This document shows, in pieces, positions 8,763-19,331 of a stretch of DNA of 64,000 nt. A program made the position numbers and the translations under genes. Each line of letters starts with the position of its first letter. Position 1 is the stretch's first letter. This stretch comes from an uncultured Alphaproteobacteria bacterium (GTDB taxonomy: Bacteria > Pseudomonadota > Alphaproteobacteria > RF32 > CAG-239), in assembly GCA_944391475.1 (NCBI GenBank), contig CALXTR010000004.1, positions 25,807 through 89,806 on the forward strand. The letters run 5' to 3'. The notes beneath the pieces are model-generated. The model saw only the letters and a list, made by a program, of their open reading frames with translations, ran no database searches and was not told the DNA's origin.

Positions 8763-10889
8763 CTAAATTTGGCCAACCGTCTTGATTTTGGCTTTGGGGT
8801 GAATTTCATTTTGGGACATGACCACGGTCAGCGGGCGAAAACGCTCAATAATCGAACGTACAAACGGTCTAATCCCCGGACTGGTCAGCAAAACTGCGGT
8901 TTCTCCTTTGGCAGCTAATTCTTCCAGCGAATTTCTAACCTTGGTGATAAACTGCTGCAAGGCACTCGGAGCCATAGCCAACTGGCGGTCATCGCCCTCA
9001 CCTACAATTGCTTCGGCGAAGGCATGCTCCCATTCGGGCGACAAGGTAATCAGCGGAATTACCCCAAACTCATTGGCATTGGCATTAGACAGCTGGCGTG
9101 CCAAACGTGAACGGACATGCTCGGTTATCATCATCAGGCTGTGGGTTGAAGACACGGCTTCGGAAATGCCTTCCAAAATGGTGGGCAAATCGCGAATCGA
9201 AACCCGCTCTTGCAACAAGTTTTGCAAAATACGTTGTACCGCACCCAAGCTTACTTTGCTTGGAATAAGTTCTTTAACCAGTTTTTGCTGCTCTTTATCC
9301 ATTTCTTCGAGCAATTTCTGCGTCTCGGCGTAAGACAACAATTCTGGCATATTATCTTTGACCAACTCAGTGATATGTGTGGTCACCACGGTGGCCGGAT
9401 CAACCACCGTATAGCCCCTAAACATGGCTTCTTCGCGGTAACTCTGGTCAATCCACATAGCCTTGAGCCCGAAAGTCGGCTCATAAGTTTGCTCTCCCGG
9501 CAAGGTGATAGGCTCACCTCTTGGATCCATCACCAGCAACTGGGTTGGGCGAAGTTCTCCTTTGCCGGCCTTAACTTCTTTAATGTAAATATTGTACTCA
9601 TTGGCCTCTAACTGCATATTATCCTGAATGCGGATAGAAGGCATGACAAAACCTAATTCTGAGGCTAAAGCTCGCCGCAAAGCTTTAATCTGGTCGGTCA
9701 ATTTCTTATTAGCCTCTTCATTAATCAACGGCAGCAAACCATAGCCGATTTCCAAACGTATCAAATCCATTCTCAAGGCTGTGGCTATCGGCTCATCGGC
9801 CGCTTTGGTTACTTTGCCTTGCTTCTTTTCTTGCTCCATAACCTCTTGGGCGCGCGCTTGGGCCGCTTTTTGCTGCTTGTCTAAATAATAGGCCGTGGCT
9901 CCGGTCAATGAGGCAAGCAAAATAAACGGAGCAGCCGGAGTGCCAGGTAACATACCTAAAGCCAAAGCCATAAATGCGCTCATACCCAAGGCTTTAGGAT
10001 AATTGGTAACCTGCTCAAACAAAACTTTATCAGTTGAATCGGTCATGCCGGCTTTAGATACCAAAATACCGGCAGCAATAGAAATTATCAGCGCCGGAAC
10101 CTGACTGACCAAACCATCACCAACTGTCAAGCGAGTATAAGTTTCGGCCGCATCAGAAAAGCTCATATCATTTTGAACCATACCAATGATAATACCGGCG
10201 ACCACGTTAATAAAGGTAATAATCAAGCCGGCGATAGCATCTCCGCGGACAAACTTGGAGGCACCATCCATGGCTCCATAAAAAGAGCTTTCTTTGGACA
10301 AGTCTTCGCGGCGGGCTCGCGCCTCATCTTCGGTTATCAACCCTGATGACAAGTCAGCGTCAATCGCCATTTGCTTACCGGGCATTGCATCCAAGGCAAA
10401 ACGAGCGGCAACTTCGGCAATACGTCCCGAACCTTTGGTAATAACTACAAAGTTAACCAAAACCAAAATGGCAAATACAATCACACCGATAACAAAGTTG
10501 TTACCCATAATGAACCCGCCAAATGCCTTAATGACTTCACCGGCGGCATCAGGGCCCATATAACCATTGGCCAAAATCAATCGGGTGGAGGCTAAGTTCA
10601 ACGACAATCGATACATAGTGGTGATGAGCAATACCAACGGAAAAGCACTAAACTGATTGGGCTTTTCGATAAAAATGGCAGTCATTAAGACCAAGCACGA
10701 TATGGTAATGGAAAATGCCAAGGCAATATCAAGCAACCAGGCTGGCATCGGCAAAATCAAGATTACCAGCATTAGGACAATGGATAACGCAAAGAAAATA
10801 TCGCCCCGCTTTGTGGAGGCAACTATCAAATCCTTAAACGAACGTCCGCCAAATACCGAACTGCTGACATTTTCTGCTTTTTTTGCCAT
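8763..10889 (-). CDS. flhA: Flagellar type III export apparatus protein FlhA
   Basis: A 708-aa protein with a multi-transmembrane N-terminal domain and a cytoplasmic C-terminal domain. The FHIPEP-like core and the characteristic FlhA N-terminus are present. Confidence 0.9.
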   Translation of the reverse strand: MAKKAENVSSSVFGGRSFKDLIVASTKRGDIFFALSIVLMLVILILPMPAWLLDIALAFSITISCLVLMTAIFIEKPNQFSAFPLVLLITTMYRLSLNLASTRLILANGYMGPDAAGEVIKAFGGFIMGNNFVIGVIVFAILVLVNFVVITKGSGRIAEVAARFALDAMPGKQMAIDADLSSGLITEDEARARREDLSKESSFYGAMDGASKFVRGDAIAGLIITFINVVAGIIIGMVQNDMSFSDAAETYTRLTVGDGLVSQVPALIISIAAGILVSKAGMTDSTDKVLFEQVTNYPKALGMSAFMALALGMLPGTPAAPFILLASLTGATAYYLDKQQKAAQARAQEVMEQEKKQGKVTKAADEPIATALRMDLIRLEIGYGLLPLINEEANKKLTDQIKALRRALASELGFVMPSIRIQDNMQLEANEYNIYIKEVKAGKGELRPTQLLVMDPRGEPITLPGEQTYEPTFGLKAMWIDQSYREEAMFRGYTVVDPATVVTTHITELVKDNMPELLSYAETQKLLEEMDKEQQKLVKELIPSKVSLGAVQRILQNLLQERVSIRDLPTILEGISEAVSSTHSLMMITEHVRSRLARQLSNANANEFGVIPLITLSPEWEHAFAEAIVGEGDDRQLAMAPSALQQFITKVRNSLEELAAKGETAVLLTSPGIRPFVRSIIERFRPLTVVMSQNEIHPKAKIKTVGQI

Positions 10890-10907
10890 GATTAGACTTT
10901 AGTTTTC

Positions 10908-12242
10908 CTATCCGTTAGAGGGCGGGACTTCATAGCCTTCGTCCTGATATTGTTTGAGTTTGTTGCGCAAGGTGCGAATCGATATTCCCAGCAAATTTGC
11001 CGCTTGTGTTCGATTGCCAAAGGTATGCTTTAAGGTATCAATTATCAAATTTCTTTCCATGCCGGCCAAGGTTTGTCCGCCTCCTACAATTCCGGCAGAA
11101 GGGACTGTTTCTTCCGCTATCGGGGTCGGATTAATTACGGCACTCGGGTCTGTTAAAATGATAGCTTCAGGCTCAATTTCTTCGGCATTAGACAGTAGAA
11201 CCGCACGGTGGATGGTGTTTTCTAGCTCACGGACATTGCCCGGCCACAAATAATTGAGCAACATATCGCCTGATGCCTTAGACAAGTCTTTCATCGGCAA
11301 ACCATTTAGCTCGGAATATTTTTTGATGAAATGCTTGGCCAAAACCAAGATATCTTCCGGACGATCTTTCAAATCGGGAATATTGATATTGACCACATTC
11401 AAACGATAATACAAGTCCTCACGGAATGCACCGTCTTTAACCGCTTGGGCCAAATTGCGGTTAGAAGTAGCAATAATCCGCACATCTACTTTTATTGGAG
11501 TTTTTCCGCCTATTCTATCAATCTCTTTTTCTTGAATGGCACGCAACAATTTGGCCTGAATTCGGATATCCATTTCCGAAATTTCATCTAGCAGCAATGT
11601 TCCGCCTGAAGCTTCCTCAAACTTACCAATACGGCGGGCCACCGCGCCGGTGAAAGCGCCCTTTTCATAGCCAAAGAGTTCAGATTCCAACAAAGTTTCA
11701 GGGATAGCTGCGCAGTTAACTGCTACAAATTTTTTATTGGCTCTTTTGGAATTGTCATGAATGAACCGAGAAAAAACTTCCTTACCGGTTCCAGAGGAGC
11801 CGGTCAACAAAACACTGGCTTCCGATGGCGCAATTTGCTTGGCCATTTTCAAAATAGCCTCAGTTTTCTTATCACCATAAATTAATGCATGGTTCTCGCG
11901 AGTGGCTGCGGCTAAAACCGCACCAATCAGCTCAGGGTCGGGAGGAAGCGGAATATACTCTTTGGCTCCGGCCTTAATCGCCTTAACGGCTAGGCTCGGG
12001 TCATTGGCCACACCACAAGCTACCACCAAAACATTTATCCGCTCGCTTTCCAAAGAACTGATAAACTTATAGACATCGAGCTTGACATCAATCATGACCA
12101 GCTCAATACTCTTGCCGGAACGAAGAATATTCAATGCAGCATCAATATCTTGTGCCAGCGAAACTTGACCACCCTGCGAAATGGCAATCTTGCTGGCAGC
12201 GCCTATCTGCCCGTCTAAAGTTCCAACAATTAACAGCTCCAT
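10908..12242 (-). CDS. flbD: Sigma-54-dependent flagellar transcriptional activator (FlbD/FleR-like)
   Basis: A receiver-like N-terminus and an AAA+ sigma-54 interaction domain (GSSGTGKE Walker A, GAFTGA motif, ESELFGYEKGAFTGA). A C-terminal HTH follows (NRTQAANLLGISIRTLRNKL). The position after fliN matches the Caulobacter order. Confidence 0.8.
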   Translation of the reverse strand: MELLIVGTLDGQIGAASKIAISQGGQVSLAQDIDAALNILRSGKSIELVMIDVKLDVYKFISSLESERINVLVVACGVANDPSLAVKAIKAGAKEYIPLPPDPELIGAVLAAATRENHALIYGDKKTEAILKMAKQIAPSEASVLLTGSSGTGKEVFSRFIHDNSKRANKKFVAVNCAAIPETLLESELFGYEKGAFTGAVARRIGKFEEASGGTLLLDEISEMDIRIQAKLLRAIQEKEIDRIGGKTPIKVDVRIIATSNRNLAQAVKDGAFREDLYYRLNVVNINIPDLKDRPEDILVLAKHFIKKYSELNGLPMKDLSKASGDMLLNYLWPGNVRELENTIHRAVLLSNAEEIEPEAIILTDPSAVINPTPIAEETVPSAGIVGGGQTLAGMERNLIIDTLKHTFGNRTQAANLLGISIRTLRNKLKQYQDEGYEVPPSNG

Positions 12243-12266
12243 GGCTTTTTACCCTAAAATCCTTTC

Positions 12267-12620
12267 TTATTTGGTTACCGATTTGACTATCTCAGTCATG
12301 GTGATGCCCAATTTATCATCAACAACCACAACTTCACCTCGGGCAACCAAGTTGTTATTAACGTATATGTCTATCGCTTCACCGACTTTGCGATCTAGTT
12401 CAATAATCGCGCCTTTGTTGAGTTTCATCAACTGGCTGACCTTCATTTGGGTTTTGCCTAAAATGGCTGAAACTTTAACCGGTATCTCATATACGGCTTC
12501 CAAGTCGCTGGTCGAGCTTGGAATATCATAGTCTTCCATATTGTTATCGGATTTTAAGACCGGCTCGTTGTTGACGATGCTGCTTTCATCCATTTCATCC
12601 AAATTCAATTCGTTTGTCAT
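12267..12620 (-). CDS. fliN: Flagellar motor switch protein FliN
   Basis: The C-terminal SpoA/FliN domain is present (ILGKTQMKVSQLMKLNKGAIIELDRKVGEAIDIYVNNNLVARGEVVVVDDKLGITMTEIV). The first codon at 12641 is TTG. The ATG at about 12620, preceded by a GAGAGGA RBS, is preferred. Confidence 0.85.
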   Translation of the reverse strand: MTNELNLDEMDESSIVNNEPVLKSDNNMEDYDIPSSTSDLEAVYEIPVKVSAILGKTQMKVSQLMKLNKGAIIELDRKVGEAIDIYVNNNLVARGEVVVVDDKLGITMTEIVKSVTK

Positions 12621-12665
12621 AACATTCCTCTCATTACCCAAAAGCTAGCTTAATCTTACTTTAGC

Positions 12666-13382
12666 TTAATTTTCAGCCGCGGTTTCTTCAAGCAAATTAT
12701 TAACTTTTTCCAATAATTTATCACTGCCGCTTTGAACACCGCCATTTTCCCATTCAACTCGGCAATCTGAAACTCCTAAACTCGAATCCTTATGCAGCGC
12801 TATTTTACCCTCAAAATCATTAATCCGCGCCAGATTGGCAATTTTAGCCTGCATCTTACCTATAATATCGGGATTAAAATAAAATGACAGCTTGGCCTCA
12901 GATTTGAAGTTGGCAAAGTTTTCATCTAAAAACTGAATAAGAATTTCTTCTGCGTGTTCTTGGCTAATTTGAGGGAGTAATTTTTTGATTACTGCCATAT
13001 TTAGTGCCATGAAGTCTCGCTCGAGCTCTTTTTGCAACTGTTCTCTTTGAGAAAGCAAATCACCTATGCGCTTATCTAACTCAACCAACAAACCGGTGGT
13101 TTGGTTATCAATTTCTTCTGTTTTGGCGCGATAACCTTCTTCATAGCCAGACTTGGCGGCCTCATCTTTGGCTGCAGCTAACTCTTCTTCCGAATAGCTT
13201 GGTGCCGCAATCTCAACCGGCTCAACAACAATTTCTGAAACTTCCGGTTCTTGAGGTGGCTCAGGTATAGCGAGCTCCTCCACAGCGACAGCTTCTTCTT
13301 GAGAAGACGTATCTTCTGCTTCTTTCTCATCTAAGATGAAATTATCAAACTCGTATCTTTTGTAGCCGCTCATGATACTCAT
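12666..13382 (-). CDS. fliH: Flagellar assembly protein FliH (FlbE-like)
   Basis: An acidic N-terminus, a GYEEGY motif characteristic of FliH, and a central coiled coil. The position between fliG and fliN matches the alphaproteobacterial order. Confidence 0.6.
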   Translation of the reverse strand: MSIMSGYKRYEFDNFILDEKEAEDTSSQEEAVAVEELAIPEPPQEPEVSEIVVEPVEIAAPSYSEEELAAAKDEAAKSGYEEGYRAKTEEIDNQTTGLLVELDKRIGDLLSQREQLQKELERDFMALNMAVIKKLLPQISQEHAEEILIQFLDENFANFKSEAKLSFYFNPDIIGKMQAKIANLARINDFEGKIALHKDSSLGVSDCRVEWENGGVQSGSDKLLEKVNNLLEETAAEN

Positions 13383-13386
13383 CCGA

Positions 13387-14409
13387 CTAGTAAATCAACT
13401 CATCATTGTCTTTGCCTTCGCTAATCACAATCTCGCCGGCATTGGACAACTCTTTAGTCGTGGTAACAATGTACTGCTGAGCTTCTTCAACATCGCGCAA
13501 GCGCACCGGACCCATGGCCTCCATATCTTCGCGGATAATTTTTCCGGCACGAGAGGACATATTGCTGAAGAACAGTTCTTTGATGGTGTCTGATGCACCT
13601 TTCAAGGCAATGGCTAGTTTATCCTTATCAATGTTACGCAGCAAAATTTGAATACCTTGAGCATCGACACGAACCAAATCTTCAAAGGTAAACATAAGAG
13701 ATTTGACGCGGTCGGCACTCTCGCGGTTGCGCTCTTCCAAGGCCTCCATAAATCTGGTTTCGGTATTGCGATCCAAAGAATTGAAGATATCGGCAATAAG
13801 CTCGTGCGAATCTCGTCTGGTGGATTTTGACAAGTTGCTCATAAACTCTTTTCTCAAGGTCTTTTCCAAACTGTCTAACACTTCTTTTTGAACGGCATCC
13901 ATACGCAACATACGCATAATGATTTCCATCGCAAAGTTTTCCGGCAAGAGTGCAATCACCTTGGCGGCGTGCTCAGCCTTAATCTTGGATAAGATAACGG
14001 CAATGGTCTGCGGATATTCGTTCTTCAAATAATTGGCTAAAACATGCTCATTGACATTACCTAGCTTATCCCACATGGTGCGTCCGGCCGGACCGCTAAT
14101 CTCATCCATAATGGCAGAAACACGATCCTTATCCAAAGCTTTAGACAACAAACGCTCGGTGGTTTCATAAGTACCTATCAGAGAACTGTTGCTAGATAGT
14201 CTATCCGTAAATTCTTGAAACAGCTGCTCAACAACTCCGGCATTGACCTTACCTAGGCTAGCCATTATAACCGAAAGCTCTTTGATTTCTTCATCATCCA
14301 TCAGCGAGAACAAAGCTGAAGAACGCTCCTCATCTAACGACAACATTAAGATAGCAGCTTTTTGCTGACCGGAAATTAAATTATAATCATCTACTACATT
14401 TTGTTTCAT
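13387..14409 (-). CDS. fliG: Flagellar motor switch protein FliG
   Basis: MKQNVVDDYNLISGQQKAAILMLSL matches the FliG N-terminus, and the C-terminal torque helix region is present. The first ORF codon at 14451 is TTG. The ATG at 14409, preceded by a GGAAAA RBS, is preferred. Confidence 0.85.
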   Translation of the reverse strand: MKQNVVDDYNLISGQQKAAILMLSLDEERSSALFSLMDDEEIKELSVIMASLGKVNAGVVEQLFQEFTDRLSSNSSLIGTYETTERLLSKALDKDRVSAIMDEISGPAGRTMWDKLGNVNEHVLANYLKNEYPQTIAVILSKIKAEHAAKVIALLPENFAMEIIMRMLRMDAVQKEVLDSLEKTLRKEFMSNLSKSTRRDSHELIADIFNSLDRNTETRFMEALEERNRESADRVKSLMFTFEDLVRVDAQGIQILLRNIDKDKLAIALKGASDTIKELFFSNMSSRAGKIIREDMEAMGPVRLRDVEEAQQYIVTTTKELSNAGEIVISEGKDNDELIY

Positions 14410-14426
14410 GGCAATTTTCCAATCTC

Positions 14427-16052
14427 TTAATTGTCGTTCTGATATAACCAAGCTCGGATTACGTTAACAGCAGCATCGGGATTTTTGGCTACCAAATCAT
14501 TAATCTTTTTCAAGGACGAGACCTTAACTCGGCCATCCACCTTATTGATATTAATGAGCTCTTCCAAACCGCTATCATCTTCATTTAGGAAGTTGGACAA
14601 GAGCAAGTTCTCTTCTTCTGCATTATCACCCAAGAGACGCATATCACTGCCGCTGCCACCATCAAACGCATTGTTTATCAGCGGACGGATAACCAGTAAG
14701 ATAACCAAGATAGCAACAATTGCAACACCTAGACCTTCTAGCATACGCATAATCTCTTCTTTTGTGAAACCAAAGAACATTATGGCTTCGACATTTTCCT
14801 CAGCATTATTGAGGTTGACAAACTTGATGTTCTCAACTTCAACCATATCTCCACGATTGGCATCATAACCAACTGCAGATTTAACCAAAGCGGTTAACTG
14901 TTCCATCTCCTCTTTGGTACGGTCGCGATAAACCAATTCGCCGGCTTCATTTTTATCATATACGCCATCTACCATAACCGCAACCGTTAATCTTTTAATT
15001 ACTCCACTGTTGCGGACTTTATTTCTGACCACTTTGGAGATTTCATAATTTACGGTTTCTTCAACTCGTGAATTTTGCGAAAAATTATTGGTACCATTAA
15101 GCAAATTATCACCATTTGGAATGTTTTGGGCTACAGTGACAGCTCTTTCACCATCACGAGAAGTACCATCTTCGCTTACTGACGACTGTGATCTAACCAC
15201 CTGACTATCGGGGTCATAGATTTCTTCATTGGTAACAACTTGGTCAAAGTCCATCTCAATATTGACCTGAGCACGAACCTTACCAGGCCCAATGGCATTT
15301 TCTAACATGTTTTGCAACGAAGTTGCCATTTTGCGCTCTTGATCTTGGCGAATGAGCTCATTATTAGTGTTATTTAAGGTTTGCTCGTCATCATAGTTAT
15401 TCGTCAACAAATTACCAGCAGCGTCTACAATCGCAACATTTTTAACATCTAGTTTGGGAACGGCGGCAGCAACCAGCTTTTGAATCGACAAGATACTTTG
15501 AGCGCTCAACTTGCCATGATAGGTTTTAATAACCACTGAGGCGCTGGGAGCTTGCTCCTCACGCGAGAACATCTCTCTTTTAGGCATAACCAAATGAACT
15601 CGTGCGCTTTTAATATTATCAACAGAGCGAATCGTACGAGCCAATTCACCTTCCAATGCCCTGACCAAATTTACGTTTTGCACAAAATTGGTAGTGCCTA
15701 ATGCATCGGCATTATCAAAGATTTCATAGCCGACGTTTGAGCCTTTAGAAGCCAAAGCAAGCTCGGCGGTGTCAACGCGCATTTTGTTGACCATTTCTTT
15801 GGGAACTAGAATCTCAGTACCGTTTTTTGCCAATTTGTATTTTACATTGGCAGATTCAAGACGGCTTACAATTTGCTTGGCATCTTCAAGTTCCAAATCT
15901 GTATATAACACCCCATATTCAGAGCGTCCCATTTGCATGGCGATATAAATGAAAAAGCTGATTAAAAAGATAAAAATTGCCACAAGTGATGCTAAACGTC
16001 CGGGTGACAAATTTTTGATGCTTTGCAAAAAGTTATTCACGAGATTCCCCAA
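14427..16052 (-). CDS. fliF: Flagellar MS-ring protein FliF
   Basis: A 541-aa protein with an N-terminal transmembrane helix, a large periplasmic region and a C-terminal transmembrane helix. The start is non-ATG: TTG at 16052, or GTG at 16040 preceded by GGGGAA. Confidence 0.85.
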   Translation of the reverse strand: MGNLVNNFLQSIKNLSPGRLASLVAIFIFLISFFIYIAMQMGRSEYGVLYTDLELEDAKQIVSRLESANVKYKLAKNGTEILVPKEMVNKMRVDTAELALASKGSNVGYEIFDNADALGTTNFVQNVNLVRALEGELARTIRSVDNIKSARVHLVMPKREMFSREEQAPSASVVIKTYHGKLSAQSILSIQKLVAAAVPKLDVKNVAIVDAAGNLLTNNYDDEQTLNNTNNELIRQDQERKMATSLQNMLENAIGPGKVRAQVNIEMDFDQVVTNEEIYDPDSQVVRSQSSVSEDGTSRDGERAVTVAQNIPNGDNLLNGTNNFSQNSRVEETVNYEISKVVRNKVRNSGVIKRLTVAVMVDGVYDKNEAGELVYRDRTKEEMEQLTALVKSAVGYDANRGDMVEVENIKFVNLNNAEENVEAIMFFGFTKEEIMRMLEGLGVAIVAILVILLVIRPLINNAFDGGSGSDMRLLGDNAEEENLLLSNFLNEDDSGLEELININKVDGRVKVSSLKKINDLVAKNPDAAVNVIRAWLYQNDN

Positions 16053-16167
16053 TCTGTAAATTTATTAAAAAAATTCCCCGAAACTATGATTAGCGCAAAA
16101 ATCAATTTTAGGGAAACATAAAAAATCACATATTCACAGCCTGTTTAGCAACCTGCTATATTTTCTA

Positions 16168-16200
16168 TAAAAAATGCCCCGGAAATTTCTTCTCCGGGGC
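16168..16200 (-). terminator. Rho-independent terminator downstream of flgE
   Basis: The hairpin GCCCCGGAGAAGAAATTTCCGGGGC is followed by a T-run on the minus strand. Confidence 0.7.
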
Positions 16201-16231
16201 GACTTTAGGATACGGATTTTTTAGTATACTA

Positions 16232-18463
16232 CTAGCTCATCCGGGTTAACTCGTCGAGCATTTCATCGGCTGTGGTAATAATCTTGGTAGCTGCTGAATA
16301 AGCTCGTTGGGTTACAATCATATTTGAGAACTCTGTAGCCAAGTCTACGGTTGATTGCTCTACCGAGCTGGCGGCAATCTCACCGGCACCATTGGTTCCC
16401 GGGCGCTTCAACAAAGCTTCGCCAGAGTAGTCGGTTTCAATCCAGGCGTTACCTGTTAGAGCTTCCAAACCATTGGCATTGGCAAAAGTTGCTAATGGCA
16501 GAATAGCAATCGGTCTGGTTTCGCCGTTATCAAACAGAGCTGTGACCACACCATCATCACTAACACTTACACCTGAGTAGCTACCGAATTTGGCACCATC
16601 TTGGGTGATGTAGTTGGTGGTGAAATCTCCCGAAAGACTGGTCAAGCCATCGTTGGTGCCAATATTACCGGCATTGATGGTAATGGTCGTACCTTGTCCA
16701 TAGCCACCGTCCATATTTTGTGCACCATTAGCCCACTGAATGGCTGCCTCATCAACAAAGAAGTATTTGGGGGTACCATCAGCATTGAAACGTACAGAAG
16801 GAACAATTGCACCGGTTTCTACTTCAGTACCATTTACATTGAAGGTATTGGACAATGTATATTCCGTACCATTGCCAATATCACTCCAACCTTGCGGAGC
16901 GGTTGAACGAATCCGTCCGGTGATAGCACTATCTCCGTTTACGTTATTAACGGTAATTTTGATATCAGGACCGGTAGAAGTCGGCAAAATCTCAATGCTG
17001 CTGCCGCTGGCGGTGAAGCGTTCGGGCTCAACACTGTCATTTTTGAGTTGTTTTACGACCAATTCAGCTATGGTTGCACCTGGGTTAACATCGCCATCAA
17101 ATGCAGAACTGATATCAATTTGGTCTGGACCTGCACCGCCATCTACCAAGGTATAGGTCTTATCTCCAACTTTGATAGTACTATTTACATAGTCATCTTT
17201 TTCGCTGCTGGTGAAATCTATGCGTCCGCAGTTTTTGATGTCTTCGTCAATTGCGGGGATTTCAAAAATACCAGTGGCAATACCGGTTTCAAGATTGGGG
17301 TTAGCGGCACTTTGTACGCAAGCTAAGGTCTTGCTGGCATCAATAGTTAAAGCCTCTCCTGAGATTGATTGCACAATCTCAATCTTGTTGCCATTTACGC
17401 TAAAGCGGTTAGCTCCCGGCATATTTTCTTTTAGGGATTCTAAAAATTTATTAGCAAAATCGCTTGCAGAGGTAATACCTGTGGAGATATCAACACCAAT
17501 ATTTCCGGGCTGAGCAACGGCACCATCGGTGCTTAAGAACTCAAAAGTATAGGTCTTGCCACCACTCGTAATCGAAATGGTCGAACCATTGGAAGGAATA
17601 CTTGAAAATTCTAACTGACCTGCAGCATAGTATACGTCGCTGACCGTATCACCGTGAGTTTCACGAGAGCCGGAAAGGACAATATTGGAAGCTCCTGGCG
17701 GGATTGATGCTGCCATACCCCAACCATTTGAAGACTCCTTGGTGTAGGTCAAGCTCAAGTTGCTGGCATTACCCAAGCTATCATAAATCAGCGCTGATAC
17801 CGAGTGACGTCCGCCTGCTTCCGGATTGGAGGCATCAAATATCGGATCACCAGATGGTAAGTTTGCACCAAAGTTAATCTGCTTGGTAGCGGTGGCTGTT
17901 CCGCCAATTGTATTAAGATTAATCGGGCGAAGGTTACGATTATCAACAATGTTGTCATTGATGTAAACAACCTTACCATTGGCATCGTAATAAGCCTTCA
18001 TGTAGTCAATACCATTAATATTAACCACGGTTGCATTGGGGTTTTTGTCCCAAGGCAATAATGACCAGCCTTGGGCATAGAAACCACCAGTGTTTCTAAG
18101 GTAGCCGTTGTTATCAATATCAAAGTCGCCGGCACGGGTATATGCCCATAAGTCCCCCTCTCCGGGGTTGGCTGCTTGGTTAACTACAAAGTAACCTTGA
18201 CCACTAATGGCCAAAGATGTCGAGGAAGATACTGATGCCAACAAACCTTGAACATTAATACCTTGCTTGGCTGAAGGTTGCACACCACCGGGGGAATATC
18301 TTGAAGTAGTTGTTTGTTTGGTTACCAAAGTTTGAAACGAGGTATTGGCTCCTTTGTAGCCGACGGTGTTAACATTGACGATATTATCCGAGATAGCTCC
18401 CATCGCGCTAGATTGGGCGGCCAATCCCGATATACCTGACTGCATTGCACCAAAAATACTCAT
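16232..18463 (-). CDS. flgE: Flagellar hook protein FlgE (large, 743 aa, extended central domain)
   Basis: The N-terminal rod/hook motif (NIVNVNTVGYKG) and the C-terminal motif (VTQRAYSAATKIITTADEMLDELTRMS) are present. A long central insertion lies between them. Confidence 0.85.
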   Translation of the reverse strand: MSIFGAMQSGISGLAAQSSAMGAISDNIVNVNTVGYKGANTSFQTLVTKQTTTSRYSPGGVQPSAKQGINVQGLLASVSSSTSLAISGQGYFVVNQAANPGEGDLWAYTRAGDFDIDNNGYLRNTGGFYAQGWSLLPWDKNPNATVVNINGIDYMKAYYDANGKVVYINDNIVDNRNLRPINLNTIGGTATATKQINFGANLPSGDPIFDASNPEAGGRHSVSALIYDSLGNASNLSLTYTKESSNGWGMAASIPPGASNIVLSGSRETHGDTVSDVYYAAGQLEFSSIPSNGSTISITSGGKTYTFEFLSTDGAVAQPGNIGVDISTGITSASDFANKFLESLKENMPGANRFSVNGNKIEIVQSISGEALTIDASKTLACVQSAANPNLETGIATGIFEIPAIDEDIKNCGRIDFTSSEKDDYVNSTIKVGDKTYTLVDGGAGPDQIDISSAFDGDVNPGATIAELVVKQLKNDSVEPERFTASGSSIEILPTSTGPDIKITVNNVNGDSAITGRIRSTAPQGWSDIGNGTEYTLSNTFNVNGTEVETGAIVPSVRFNADGTPKYFFVDEAAIQWANGAQNMDGGYGQGTTITINAGNIGTNDGLTSLSGDFTTNYITQDGAKFGSYSGVSVSDDGVVTALFDNGETRPIAILPLATFANANGLEALTGNAWIETDYSGEALLKRPGTNGAGEIAASSVEQSTVDLATEFSNMIVTQRAYSAATKIITTADEMLDELTRMS

Positions 18464-18513
18464 TTTTTTTCTCCTAAAGTCTTATCTTAATTAATTATAT
18501 TTGGAAGGCTTGG

Positions 18514-19311
18514 CTAAACAGACTGCGTTTGTGTTTCGCCACCGTTTTCGCCGCTGTTTTCGCCATCGGCATCACTGCCGTTGTCTTCATTGCCGTTATC
18601 TTCGCCTCCAGAAGAATCCGGCACTTTGTCAAAATAGTCATCATTTCGAATGGTTACGATATCGCCTAAAGATGCTGTAACGGCATCACCCAAGCCAACG
18701 TAAACGTTGTTTTCATCGCTTGCTACGCCTGTTACCTTACCAAATACGGTGGTCATGACATTGGCGTTAGTTTCTCCATTCGGAACTTTGGTTGAAACTG
18801 AAATTTGGTAAGCTCCATCTTCAAGTTGGTTGCCGTTAGAATCCTTACCGTCCCAAGTAAACTCATGAGTTCCGGAAGTGATTTTACCTTGTTCTGAATA
18901 CACGACTTTGCCGTTCATATCCTTAACTGTAATTGTAACAGCTGTTACATCTTTATCTAAGGTATATGTTGCTTTGGCCTTGCCGTTTTCAAGCGGCATT
19001 ACATCGCCTAAAACCTGAACAGTTTTGCCAATATAAGAAACTGCTTGCGCTCCTAAATTTGCAATATTTAAGGACAAGAGCGTATCTAGTTTCTCGTTGG
19101 TTTGGATTGACTGTTCAACGCTTGAGTATTGTACCAACTGATTGGTAAATTCGGCAGTATCCATTGGATCCATCGGATCTTGATATTTGAGCTGGGTAGT
19201 CAGCAAGGTCAAAAAGGTGTTCATATCAGCCGAAAGAGTTTGACGGCTGGAATTGCTGCTGCCAGTGTTGCTTTGGGTATAACCGGTAAGGCTGCTGATG
19301 TCTGTGGTCAT
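18514..19311 (-). CDS. flgD: Flagellar hook capping/assembly protein FlgD
   Basis: The FlgD N-terminal motif LKYQDPMDPMD...FTNQLVQYSSVEQ is present, followed by a Tudor-like C-terminus. Confidence 0.85.
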   Translation of the reverse strand: MTTDISSLTGYTQSNTGSSNSSRQTLSADMNTFLTLLTTQLKYQDPMDPMDTAEFTNQLVQYSSVEQSIQTNEKLDTLLSLNIANLGAQAVSYIGKTVQVLGDVMPLENGKAKATYTLDKDVTAVTITVKDMNGKVVYSEQGKITSGTHEFTWDGKDSNGNQLEDGAYQISVSTKVPNGETNANVMTTVFGKVTGVASDENNVYVGLGDAVTASLGDIVTIRNDDYFDKVPDSSGGEDNGNEDNGSDADGENSGENGGETQTQSV

Positions 19312-19331
19312 CTCTCTTACTCCTTAATAGT

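Noticed and set aside
8818-9611. Plus-strand ORFs of 171 and 133 aa inside flhA
   Set aside because: They are antisense to a well-supported conserved CDS, with no independent support.
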